Positions 50,425 to 60,175 of a stretch of DNA of 64,000 nt are shown here, one piece after another. The stretch is from Candidatus Bathyarchaeota archaeon (GTDB lineage: Archaea; Thermoproteota; Bathyarchaeia; Bathyarchaeales; Bathycorpusculaceae), in contig CAWEPZ010000011.1 of assembly GCA_963811105.1 (NCBI GenBank), forward strand, positions 1,056,001 to 1,120,000. The letters run 5' to 3'. The position numbers were made by a program, and so were the translations under genes. The notes below the pieces were generated by a model, which was not told the DNA's origin, did not search any database, and saw only the letters and a program-made list of their open reading frames with translations. The first letter of the stretch is position 1. Each line of letters opens with the position of its first letter.

Positions 50425-51240
50425 CTACGTACCCATTTCTTCTGAAGCTTTCAACGTGTGTTCCCTAAGCTCTTTTATCGCTGGAGAAAAATAGTGCCTC
50501 ACGAATATGCTAGGTGGAATTCTTCCGCATAACAAGTCCGCCTCTTGTGCAACGAGGCCATGCTTAATCATAAAAGTGCCAAAGTAATCACGTAACTCAC
50601 TGATCCGACTGGGGATTTTGTGCCTATGCAGCCTTTTTATCAATCCTGGGTAAGTAACACTTTGACTCTTCACAATTTCTGCAACTAATCTTACAGGTAC
50701 AATAGAAATGTAGCAGTTTTTGGTTCCCTGTAAGAACTGTTTCTTATAACGGAAATGTTCCAAGATTCCAAGTTCAGGATTAAAGTATTCACTTAATTTC
50801 CCTTGCTTAGAGAGCTCGATTATCAAATTAAAGCTCGCAATTCCCTCACCTTCCCGCAAACCAGTTACCTTCAGAAAGTTCAGCAGCAGGTTTTCTTCTG
50901 ATCTAAGAATAGGCTTAACTTTACTAAGCCATTCTCCAATGTCAGCGTTCTTATTGTTGTAGATGTCGGATGAAGGCGGCAAACACATCCGGTCTATTTG
51001 TTTTAACCCCATAACTTTTCAAAACTGCTTTTAATTGTTCGTAGAATCCAATGTATTTAGGCATTATTATTGGGCTCTTGATAACGTCGGTCTTAACAGT
51101 TGATTTAAAAGAATTGATCTGTCCGATATTTCCTGATTCAAGAGTGTATATGTACCGCTTAGCGTAACTCATAACTTTGGGCGCGGTCGGACTTTGCGTA
51201 CTTGCCATAAACAAAATTCTTGAATGCAACCCAATCAAAA
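50425..51240 (-). pseudogene. Archaeal (SSV1-like) tyrosine integrase C-terminal part, frameshifted
   Basis: TGLREGE, ELRDYFGTFM, DLLCGRIPPSIFVRHY; 5' end at attR. Confidence 0.8.
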
Positions 51241-51273
51241 CTTGTAAAGTTCGGATAACCGATTTGATTCGAG

Positions 51274-51320
51274 CCTTGGTAAGGTAATGGTCGCGGGTCC
51301 AAATCCCGCCGAAGGCTCCA
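51274..51320. repeat. attR: 3' part of tRNA-Thr
   Basis: Identical to 43875-43921. Confidence 0.95.
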
Positions 51321-51386
51321 CTTCTGTTTTAAAAAAATCGGTTATTTGCTCGAAATTTAAATACGGTAATCACTAATAGCTATATT

Positions 51387-51659
51387 ATGGCATTTCAGCT
51401 TGTTCCTTTTCCAATTTCAATCATTTTTGCTCTTGTCTTCGGAGTCGCGGTTATAGCCGTTCTATGGAGGCTTCGTAAAAGGGGAAAATTCTTCTTAATC
51501 CTATTTTATTTAAGTCTTATAATTGGGGTTGCAGTGTTTGCTTTGCTTTTTTATTCAATAGCGACAGGTTTGCTGAATTCAAATCCGCAAACAGGAAATC
51601 TTCATCAGCCTATTTTGTCTCAAAATGTCACTCAGATTATTCTCTTGTTCTTGATTTGA
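51387..51659 (+). CDS. Small membrane protein
   Basis: Two hydrophobic helices, TATA tttaaata upstream. Confidence 0.55.
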   Translation: MAFQLVPFPISIIFALVFGVAVIAVLWRLRKRGKFFLILFYLSLIIGVAVFALLFYSIATGLLNSNPQTGNLHQPILSQNVTQIILLFLI

Positions 51660-51852
51660 TTTGAAAAAGATTGTTGTTTAGCTATGCCTCTTTTTGACAA
51701 CCAGCGCATCGTTGCTCTAGCGAATGGTTCCAACCCCATCCTTTTGGTTCTTATCAGGCAAGTGTCTTCTTAAGCTCAAACAGAACGGATTCACTCTTGA
51801 AAACGTTCTTATGCCATGCTTACAAATATTTTCCTGAAGAGAGAGGGTAAGC

Positions 51853-53109
51853 GTGGTTAGCTTCTCGTTTGCCAAACGCGAACTTGTTATTTTAGCCGTC
51901 ATGCTTGCTGTTTCCTTCTTAGTCAGGGTTCTACTGTTTCCCCTACAAGGCTACCCAATTGACACTAACGATTTTACGTCATGGTTTAACACTGCATCAA
52001 CCCATGGAATAAGACCATTTTATACCTTAACTTGGGCGGACTACCCGCCTTTCAACGTTTACATTTTCTGGCTGTTTGGAAGTCTATCAAACGCCTCATC
52101 AACGTATGGTATAAGTGTCGTGAATTTCATCAAGTTGGCTCCCAACCTTTTCGATTTAGGAACTGCAGCTCTCATTTACTTTTTTGTCAGAAAACAAGCA
52201 AGTTTCAAGCTTGCACTTGCCGCTACAACACTATACGCTTTTAACCCAGCAGTACTCTTTAATGCGGCAGTATGGGGCCAATTTGACGCCATTTACACCT
52301 TTTTCCTTGTGCTCTCACTTGTGCTTGCGCTTAAATCTAAACCTGAACTCTCAGCCGCAATCCTTGCAATTGCCCTTTTGACAAAGCCCCAAGCGATAGC
52401 ACTTGCCCCATTAATTGCCTTCTTGATTTACAGAAAAAGCGGATGGAAGAGGATGTTGTTTTCTGTGGTAACGTTCGCTGTAACGATTGCAGTTGTTGTT
52501 TTGCCGTTTCAATGGAATGGTTCTCCCTTAGCCGGGTTGAGCCAAGTTTACTTCGGAGGATTCGGACAGTACGCTGTTACTTCGGTTAACGCATTTAACC
52601 TGTGGGGGTTGTACGCCTTGTGGGCTCCTGACACAGGCATCTTTATAGTGGGTTGGGCGTTATTCATTGCATTTGCGATTTTCATTTTCTACTTTTTCCA
52701 TAAACGGTTCAAGGTTTCAGGCGAGATGGTTGCGTTTTTCTCAGCGTTCATGTTTCTTTTTGCGTTTTTCATGTTACCGACAAGGATTCATGAACGATAC
52801 CTGTTTCCAGCCATAAGCATCTTAGCACTAATGTTTCCATTCGTCAAAAGAATCCGCCCCTTCTACGTGGTTTTGACTGGGACTTTGCTTGTCAATGAAG
52901 CATACATTCTTTATTGGCTAAGCGCCTCTTATCCTAATGCTGGTCCCAATCTTACGGGAGACCCAGTAGTTCTTGCCGTAAGCGCTATTAATTTATTCAT
53001 GCTCATTTATGCATCATTAATAATGATAGATGAACTACGAGGGCGCAACTGGCTTAAAATTGCATCTGCCGAGTTAAGGCCAAACGAAAAGGAAGGGGAA
53101 CAAACATAG
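51853..53109 (+). CDS. GT-C polytopic glycosyltransferase (mannosyltransferase-like)
   Basis: ADYPP, FNPAVLFNAAVWGQFD, KPQ, HERY. Confidence 0.85.
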   Translation: MVSFSFAKRELVILAVMLAVSFLVRVLLFPLQGYPIDTNDFTSWFNTASTHGIRPFYTLTWADYPPFNVYIFWLFGSLSNASSTYGISVVNFIKLAPNLFDLGTAALIYFFVRKQASFKLALAATTLYAFNPAVLFNAAVWGQFDAIYTFFLVLSLVLALKSKPELSAAILAIALLTKPQAIALAPLIAFLIYRKSGWKRMLFSVVTFAVTIAVVVLPFQWNGSPLAGLSQVYFGGFGQYAVTSVNAFNLWGLYALWAPDTGIFIVGWALFIAFAIFIFYFFHKRFKVSGEMVAFFSAFMFLFAFFMLPTRIHERYLFPAISILALMFPFVKRIRPFYVVLTGTLLVNEAYILYWLSASYPNAGPNLTGDPVVLAVSAINLFMLIYASLIMIDELRGRNWLKIASAELRPNEKEGEQT

Positions 53110-53138
53110 ACTTTGGAATTAAGCTTACAAAGAAAGAC

Positions 53139-54947
53139 GTGGTAACTATTGTTTTGCTTTCTATAGTTTTCTTTGGCATAGCGGCTTGGAATGTTGGTTC
53201 AATTAAGTATCCAACTACAACTTGGCAAAGTACTCAAAAAGAAAGTTTCTATGTGAATTTAGGTTCAATGCAGCAAGTCCAAACAGTGTATTTCTGGGTT
53301 AAAAGCGGCAACGCCACTGCAACAATATATTCAGGTTCTCCAGGAAACTGGAGTAATGCAGGAGAATTAGTTCTTCAACCAGCTGGAACGGACTATGCAA
53401 TTTGGCAATCGTCAAAAATAAACTCAAACACTCAATTTTTGAGCTTTGATGTTAACGCATCAAATTATGATTCTCGGCCTAACTTTTATTGGGTTGTACC
53501 TAACCCATCTGACCAGGAACCTTCACCTTTCATCCAAATTTCAGAAATCGGCTTACAAAGTCAAAGCAACAATCAAATTCCAATCATTGGAATTACAGGT
53601 GAAAACACAACAGACTCATCCTTAACTAAACTTGTTGATGAGCAAAGTTCCCTTGAAATTCCTCCAACTTACATGTCCAAGATGTATTTTGACGAGGTCT
53701 ATTTCGCTAGAGCTGCAGAAAACTATCTGCATAACCAGATACCTTTCGAAAGAACTCATCCACCGCTAGGAAAGCTGATTCAAGCATCAGGGTTAGCGGT
53801 TTTCGGCGATACCCCTTTTGGCTGGCGAATTATGGGTGTGATATTTGCTGCTTTGATGATACCGTTAATGTATCTACTGGGAAAGAAGCTGTTTGGAACA
53901 TGGATAGGAGGTTTCTCTGCAGCGTTCCTACTTACTTTTGATTTTATGCACTTCACAATGGCGAGAATTGGCACGGCTGACACTTATGTTGTTTTCTTCT
54001 CGTTGCTATCACAGTTATTTTTCCTTATTTATTTCATCAATGTGGTTAAAAGTGGCTGGAGAACGTCTTTAGTTCCTCTATTCTTAGCTGTAATTTTCTT
54101 TGCACTGGGATTCTCTACGAAGTGGTTTACAATCTTTGGTGCGGCAGGTTTGCTTGTTTTGCTTATAGCGATCAGGTTCAAAAACATTGTAAAGCTAAAG
54201 GGCAGCTTGGCTGATAAGTACGTTGCCTTCTTTGACTATCCCGCCTTATTGCTTCTTGGTTTCATAGGGCTTTCAATCATTATTTACTTCATAACTTATA
54301 TTCCCGACATGCTTGCTGGCGATTCCTTCCTAAAGATTCTCAATTTGCAGAATGCAATGTTTGGCTTTCATTCAAGCTCAACCATAACTGATCCGTCGTC
54401 GTCTCCTTGGTGGTCGTGGCCTTTCATGTTCAGGCCAGATGGAATTAGTGTACCCCGATGGTTTGACATATCATATTTGCCGAACAATGTTGATTCAACC
54501 ATAACCGTTTTCGGTAACCCAGCTGTCTGGTGGATTGGCTTTGCAGCGGTAATTGTAATTGCCGGTATGGTCATACATAAAAGCGGAATTGTTCAAGACC
54601 TAAGGTCTAGAAAACGCTTACATAAACAGCTTAATCTGCATCAAACTGATTTACCTATTGTCTTCATTGCCGTTGTCTTCTTATTCTCGTGGCTACCTTA
54701 CATTGTAATATCCAGAGCGACATACATTTACCACTTCTATCTGAGTGTTCCACTACTTTGTTTAGCTACAACATACTTCATTAACAAATACTGGAGCACC
54801 CCCAGAGGAAAACTTGCTGCAATAGCCATATTCGCTTCTACAGCGGCATTATTCATAGTATTTTACCCAGTCATTTCAGGCATGCCCGTTCCAACTTGGT
54901 ACATAAATAATTTGAAGTGGTTCCCCAGCTGGCGCTTCACGGGATGA
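53139..54947 (+). CDS. Dolichyl-phosphate-mannose-protein mannosyltransferase (PMT/GT39-like)
   Basis: YFDEVYF, ERTHPPLGK, PFGWR, SSPWWSWP, GNPAVWW, YIYHF. Confidence 0.9.
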   Translation: MVTIVLLSIVFFGIAAWNVGSIKYPTTTWQSTQKESFYVNLGSMQQVQTVYFWVKSGNATATIYSGSPGNWSNAGELVLQPAGTDYAIWQSSKINSNTQFLSFDVNASNYDSRPNFYWVVPNPSDQEPSPFIQISEIGLQSQSNNQIPIIGITGENTTDSSLTKLVDEQSSLEIPPTYMSKMYFDEVYFARAAENYLHNQIPFERTHPPLGKLIQASGLAVFGDTPFGWRIMGVIFAALMIPLMYLLGKKLFGTWIGGFSAAFLLTFDFMHFTMARIGTADTYVVFFSLLSQLFFLIYFINVVKSGWRTSLVPLFLAVIFFALGFSTKWFTIFGAAGLLVLLIAIRFKNIVKLKGSLADKYVAFFDYPALLLLGFIGLSIIIYFITYIPDMLAGDSFLKILNLQNAMFGFHSSSTITDPSSSPWWSWPFMFRPDGISVPRWFDISYLPNNVDSTITVFGNPAVWWIGFAAVIVIAGMVIHKSGIVQDLRSRKRLHKQLNLHQTDLPIVFIAVVFLFSWLPYIVISRATYIYHFYLSVPLLCLATTYFINKYWSTPRGKLAAIAIFASTAALFIVFYPVISGMPVPTWYINNLKWFPSWRFTG

Positions 54948-55685
54948 CACAACAAAATACTATCAGCAAAACAGTTCAGGTCTCAGTGGTTTTTCCAGCG
55001 TTCAACGAAATTGATTTTTTGCTTATAGCAGTTGATAAAACTACTCAAGCTCTAAATGAGTTTACGAGTTCCTACGAAATAATAATAGCCGAAGACGGTA
55101 GCACTGATGGCACAGCTGAACGCACCGAAGAGATAGCGCAAAAATACCCGTATGTCCGGCATATTCACCGGGAAAAACGCTTAGGAAGAGGAACTGCTCT
55201 AAAAAATGCTTTCAAGCAAAGCAAAGGTGAAGTTTTGGTTTATATGGACTTGGATTTAGCTACTGACCTTAAAGCTCTTAAACCTCTAGTTGAAGCTATC
55301 ACTGTTGAAGGTTACGATTTTTCCACCGGTTCCAGAATGCTGCCTCAAAGCAAAGTTGAGCGTAGCCTACGCAGAAGCATCAGCTTCCAAATCGTATAAT
55401 TTCCTTGTGCGGCACATTGCAGGTTCAAAACTCAGGGATCATCAATGTGGCTTCAAAGCTTTCAAGAGACAACCTGTTTTGCAATTGCTTGATGAAGTTG
55501 AGGCGACTCATTGGTTTTGGGACACTGAGATAATGGTGCGTGCTCAACGCCGAGGATATAAAGTAAAAGAGATTCCAGTTGAATGGAAAAGCGGCAAGGG
55601 TACGAAAGTAAATCTGTTTAAAGACTCATTGAACATGGGTCGCCAAATAATGAAGTTATGGTGGAAACTCAAAGTCAAAGAATAG
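54944..55685 (+). CDS. GT2 dolichol-phosphate hexosyltransferase (+1 frameshift near 55386)
   Basis: FPAFNE, EDGSTDG, MDLDLAT, then DHQCGFKAF and FWDTE in the second frame. Confidence 0.85.
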
Positions 55686-55686
55686 T

Positions 55687-56202
55687 TTATCTTTTGGCCA
55701 AAAGCACAATTGCTCTTGCAACCAACGACATGCCACCAATTAATATTATTCCAGCCCAAAAGACAAACCACTCAGCCATTATCGTCATGTTAACAAGATA
55801 AGTTATTGCCAAGTAGCTTGCTCCAAGCCAGAAAACGAGGTTTCCAATAGTTTCAGCTTTTCTTGCAATTGGGGAATGAAGCCAGATTCTAATTGCCAAT
55901 ACCATAATTTCTAAAATTCCTAAGCCTAAACAAAACTGGAAAACCGCAACATATAGTGCCAAATGGGCAGCTGGGTCTGCTGGTGCGGGTAAGGAAAAGC
56001 CAGCGCCTGGAACCTGAGCCAGCGTTAAAGAGCTGAAAAATTTCACTATGCTATCCCAAAGATTGTTAGGCAGATTAGCAAAATAAACAATGGCAAGCAA
56101 AATAAAAACAGCGCCGACATAAATTGCAGTGATTAAGTTTTCTTTTTTCTTTTCGTCTAATGCCTGAGGGTTAAAATTCTTAAGCAAATTGTTTTTCCCC
56201 AT
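55687..56202 (-). CDS. Membrane hypothetical protein
   Basis: Four hydrophobic segments. Confidence 0.7.
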   Translation of the reverse strand: MGKNNLLKNFNPQALDEKKKENLITAIYVGAVFILLAIVYFANLPNNLWDSIVKFFSSLTLAQVPGAGFSLPAPADPAAHLALYVAVFQFCLGLGILEIMVLAIRIWLHSPIARKAETIGNLVFWLGASYLAITYLVNMTIMAEWFVFWAGIILIGGMSLVARAIVLLAKR

Positions 56203-56302
56203 TCGACTATGGAATATTAGCAGATATATCTTTCCTAAATCAAAGAGTAAAGTGCATATTTTAAATAGTAAGTGAATATAAAAGTAGTGCAGGGAGATTT
56301 AG

Positions 56303-56710
56303 ATGTCTTATTGTCCGAAATGCGGCAATAAAGTTGAGGAAACAATGGCTTTTTGCCCACACTGTGGAACAGCGCTAAAAGTAACAGCAGCAACCGGCCA
56401 ACCTGTACCGGCACCTTCAAGGCCATATCGGAGACAAGAAAAAGCAGAAAAGAATGAGAAACAAGAGAAGAATCAACCTCAAGAGAAGGGTGAAAAACAA
56501 GAGAAAAGTGAACGTGGCTTTGTCGGTTTTCTGATAGGTGGCTTGATACTAATCACTATAGGTATTTTCTCTCTGCTGGAATTAAACGGCAGTTACTTTA
56601 GTTCAGGTCAAGACTTAGCTGTCATGCTGTTCATAATCGGCATAATCATCATAATTGGTGCTGTTTATGTAGCTATGACCGCCCGCAAACATTTCCCCGC
56701 CCCCTCCTAA
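56303..56710 (+). CDS. Zinc-ribbon membrane protein
   Basis: CPKCG..CPHCG, EK-rich linker, two TM helices. Confidence 0.8.
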   Translation: MSYCPKCGNKVEETMAFCPHCGTALKVTAATGQPVPAPSRPYRRQEKAEKNEKQEKNQPQEKGEKQEKSERGFVGFLIGGLILITIGIFSLLELNGSYFSSGQDLAVMLFIIGIIIIIGAVYVAMTARKHFPAPS

Positions 56711-57847
56711 ATCAGCCATCGTAGAAACATTCGATAAAGTCTATGCTCTAATAGCGTTGATACGTTTTTTCTTCCGATTATACGATAATAGTTTTTTCCT
56801 GCTGCTTCAACTAAGTCACCGATGTCATATCGCGGTAACATGCATGAAGAAATTATAAGACTTCCCCAATCGCCGCGCTTGAGTTCATGAAGCATTTTTA
56901 CACCCCTGCCAGTTGCAACTTCAAAGAGGTAGGAGTCATAATTTGGTGTTACATATGGATAGTCGTCCAGTTGCTGGGCAAAAACGCCCTCGGTGGCTGT
57001 GTACATTTCTACAACTGGAGCTTTACCAAAATAGCTCTGAAGCACTGGACCATACCTGTATTGTATTTTGCGCACGCTAGTGCAGAAGAGAGCTTGAAGC
57101 TTCCATTAGGTCAGCTGGTTTTTTCCCATGCTTCCGTTTCATGTACCTAGCGAAAGCTAAGATTACAGGGGTTACACCCATGGTGGCAGTGACATCTTGA
57201 TTTATAGCCTGTTGATAGACAAGTTCAAACCGTTTCTCCCAATCCTTACTTGTTAACTCTGAACCTAAGGCGTCAATTTCTTCTTGACGAGGCAGAAGGC
57301 TCACCCTTTCAAACATTGGGTTCAGCCGCGCGTAGGTGCCTGAACTGTAGCCATAAGCGACTTCCTTGCCTTCAAAGTTCATTGTGTGAACATTTGACGG
57401 AAAATTCAAGTTAAGAATTGAACCAGTGAACACGTCGAAGTTTTGTTTTTTGATGGCAAAATTGATTAATCCTCTGGCACCGCAAGTAAAAATTTGTTTT
57501 AGGTGCGTTTGGGTGGCGGGCAAAACTTTGGATGTTCCTGTTGAGCCCCTTGTCATAACCCAACATTCAGGCGGTTCATTCAAAATTGCCTTGTAGTTTC
57601 CTTCCTTAACTTGCGCAAGAAAAGGAGTAAGTGCTGAATAGTTGATGACAGGGAAGCTTTTTTGGTAATCTGAAATGCTGTTTACCTGAGGGGCGTTATG
57701 ACTTAATCCATAATCAGTGGTAATGTACTTTTTAACTAAGTCAGTGAGCACTTGCTCTTGCGCTTGCTGTGGATTCCGCAGGGACTCGTACCAAGGACCT
57801 ATGATTGGCTTTAGAATATTGTTAATGCCTTCATCATCTGGCAACAT
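56707..57847 (-). CDS. GH3-family (acyl-amido synthetase-like) protein, +1 frameshift near 57106
   Basis: TRGSTGTSKVLP, EMYTATEG, PRYDIGD, IIGR. Confidence 0.8.
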
Positions 57848-57934
57848 AACATTCTCTTGATAGAATTTGGCATGAATTGGCTTATATGCTTCTCCATAAA
57901 TAAACTAAACAACTAAAAACCTTGCGAATTTAGG

Positions 57935-58870
57935 TTGAATATTATGACTGAAACAGTTCGTGTTACAGCTGAGCGCATTAGAAAACTCGAAGTTCAAGGA
58001 GCAAGAAATGTAGCAATAGCTGCCGTGAAAACTCTCCAAACTCTAGCTGAGCAAACCAAGGCAAAAAATAAGACTGCATTAGTAAACGAGCTTAAAGAAG
58101 CGCAGGCTTTGCTTTTTGCATCAAGGGAAACTGAGCCACTTATGAGGAATGCTGTTCGCTGGGTAATAACTCAAGCTCAAGAGGGCAGCAATGAAAAAGT
58201 TGAAGCAATTGCCGAATTGGTTATTGGAAATGCAGGTTTGTTTCTGCAAAATCTCGATGCCTCAAGAGAATGCACAGCTGAAATAGGTTCAAAGCGAATA
58301 CGGGACGGTATGCTAGTATTAACTCATTGCCACTCATCAACAGTTACGCGCATGCTTGCCAAAGCCAAAGCTGACGGCAAAAACTTTAGCGTAATTTGCA
58401 CTGAAACCCGACCCGCTTTTCAAGGTAGGATAACGGCACGGGAAATGGTTGAGCTGGGGGTTGAAACCATGTTTATTGTTGATTCAGCCGCCCGATCATA
58501 TATGGGAAATGTTGACCTTGTTGTTGTTGGCGCGGATGCCATAACGTCCGAGGGCAATATAGTTAACAAGATTGGCACTAGCAGCATCGCCGTTTTAGCC
58601 AATGAAGCTAGAAAGCCCTTCTACGTAGTCTCGGAACTGCTAAAGTTTGATCCTGAAACACTGTTTGGGGAGTATGAACGAATTGAGCACCGAAGCCCTG
58701 CTGAAGTTTGGACGGAAGCGCCAGAAAAACTATCAGTGCGCAATCCGGCTTTCGACGTTACCCCAAGCCGATATATCAGTGGGCTTATCTGCGAGGAAGG
58801 TGTGATCGCGCCTCAGTCTGTAGCTGAAGTTATGCTTAGAGCTTATCCTTGGGCATTTAAGGGCACCTAA
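57935..58870 (+). CDS. Ribose-1,5-bisphosphate isomerase (eIF2B-like)
   Basis: VQGARNVA, THCHSS, ETRP..QG, GADAI, NKIGT, RNPAFDVTP; next to RuBisCO and AMP phosphorylase. Confidence 0.92.
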   Translation: MNIMTETVRVTAERIRKLEVQGARNVAIAAVKTLQTLAEQTKAKNKTALVNELKEAQALLFASRETEPLMRNAVRWVITQAQEGSNEKVEAIAELVIGNAGLFLQNLDASRECTAEIGSKRIRDGMLVLTHCHSSTVTRMLAKAKADGKNFSVICTETRPAFQGRITAREMVELGVETMFIVDSAARSYMGNVDLVVVGADAITSEGNIVNKIGTSSIAVLANEARKPFYVVSELLKFDPETLFGEYERIEHRSPAEVWTEAPEKLSVRNPAFDVTPSRYISGLICEEGVIAPQSVAEVMLRAYPWAFKGT

Positions 58871-60090
58871 GCTTTCCAATACTCCAAAGCAGCCTTCAAC
58901 TCTTTGTGTGTTTCAGCGTATTCTTTCAGCGTCTTTTCTTTCAGGATTGCGTCTACGGCTTGCCTCATCGCTTTTGCCCCTGCCACTGTGCCGTCCGGGT
59001 GCCCGTGGACGCCACCCCCTGCTTGAAGGACCACATCATTGCCAAACGTTTCCATAAGCGCAGGAACCAGCCGTGGGTGCAATCCGCCTGAAGCAACAGG
59101 CAAAACAGGCTTCAAACCTCCCAATTCAGCTTTACAAGCATCGATATTTTCAAGCACTTCTGCTCTGGTTTCGCTCATTTTTCCAACAACCGTGCCCACG
59201 TGGAGTTGGTCTACGCCGATTACTCTTGCCACAGTTGCAATGGGACGCATAGCGATACCATGCAGCGGGTTTTTTGTGAAAGCAGCGTGTCCCGCACGAT
59301 GCGCATGAATGACAAGTTTGCTGGTTTGGTCTCGCAGCGTTTGGAGGGCTGACCAGCCGCAAGTTAAGATGTCCACCATAACGTATTCGCCGCCTTGAGC
59401 AAGGACAGTTTCTGCACGTTTCAGCATAAGGTTGGTTTCAGCGGTGATGTTTATCATGTAGACTTTGCGTTCACCCGTTTCTTGCTGGGCTTTGTCTCTT
59501 TTTTCCAAAGTTTGCGAAAGGCGATCATCGAAAGGATTGAATTTTTGACTGCTCAAGTTTTCGTCGTCTTTGACGATGTCGCAGCCGCCGCTCCATGCAT
59601 CGTAAGCGACTATAGCGTGGTCTTTTGTGTTTAAGCCCAGTTTAGGTTTGATTATTGTGCCAACCAAGGGGCGCTTTGGAATTTTTAGGAGTTTGCGGAT
59701 TCCAGCTATGCCGTAGCTGGGTCCTTTGAAACCGTCTATTAGCGCTTTGGGCATTTGGATATCAAGCAAGCGCAGGTTTTTGAGTGCTTTAAGCCCGAAC
59801 ACGTTTCCCGCCACACTGCTCAATATATTAGGCATGTTTGCTGGCTCAAAAAGCTCAATGGGATAAGCGATTTTGGCTATGTCACCTTCGAGGCTGAAAA
59901 CCTGAGCTGCCAACCTATCGACATAGGGTTGCTCAGTTGTTAGCTGCGTCCATGTACCTACGGAGCTTTCTGCTGCTACGCCCCCTGCTGCTTCTTTGAG
60001 GCTGAATCCGTCGGGCTCCAAGAAGAAAGTGCAGATTAAGTCGGTTTCTTTTAATTTGTAAGTTGGATTTAAAAAGTCAAGGTACTTCAA
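58867..60090 (-). CDS. rbcL: RuBisCO form III large subunit
   Basis: AAESSVGTWT, GTIIKPKLGL, DIVKDDE, HAHRAGH, GKM, SGG, GGG. Confidence 0.96.
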   Translation of the reverse strand: MKYLDFLNPTYKLKETDLICTFFLEPDGFSLKEAAGGVAAESSVGTWTQLTTEQPYVDRLAAQVFSLEGDIAKIAYPIELFEPANMPNILSSVAGNVFGLKALKNLRLLDIQMPKALIDGFKGPSYGIAGIRKLLKIPKRPLVGTIIKPKLGLNTKDHAIVAYDAWSGGCDIVKDDENLSSQKFNPFDDRLSQTLEKRDKAQQETGERKVYMINITAETNLMLKRAETVLAQGGEYVMVDILTCGWSALQTLRDQTSKLVIHAHRAGHAAFTKNPLHGIAMRPIATVARVIGVDQLHVGTVVGKMSETRAEVLENIDACKAELGGLKPVLPVASGGLHPRLVPALMETFGNDVVLQAGGGVHGHPDGTVAGAKAMRQAVDAILKEKTLKEYAETHKELKAALEYWKA

Positions 60091-60175
60091 AGAGTTTCAT
60101 TCCAGCTCTATTGTGACTGGGTTTTGCTTAAAATCTTTAACTATACGCGCATCTTACAATAATCGAGTGTCCTGC

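Larger units (their letters stand above)
43875..51320. mobile_element. About 7.4 kb integrated element at tRNA-Thr(GGT)
   Basis: 47-bp perfect direct repeat 43875-43921 / 51274-51320; integrase remnants beside the right copy. Confidence 0.9.
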
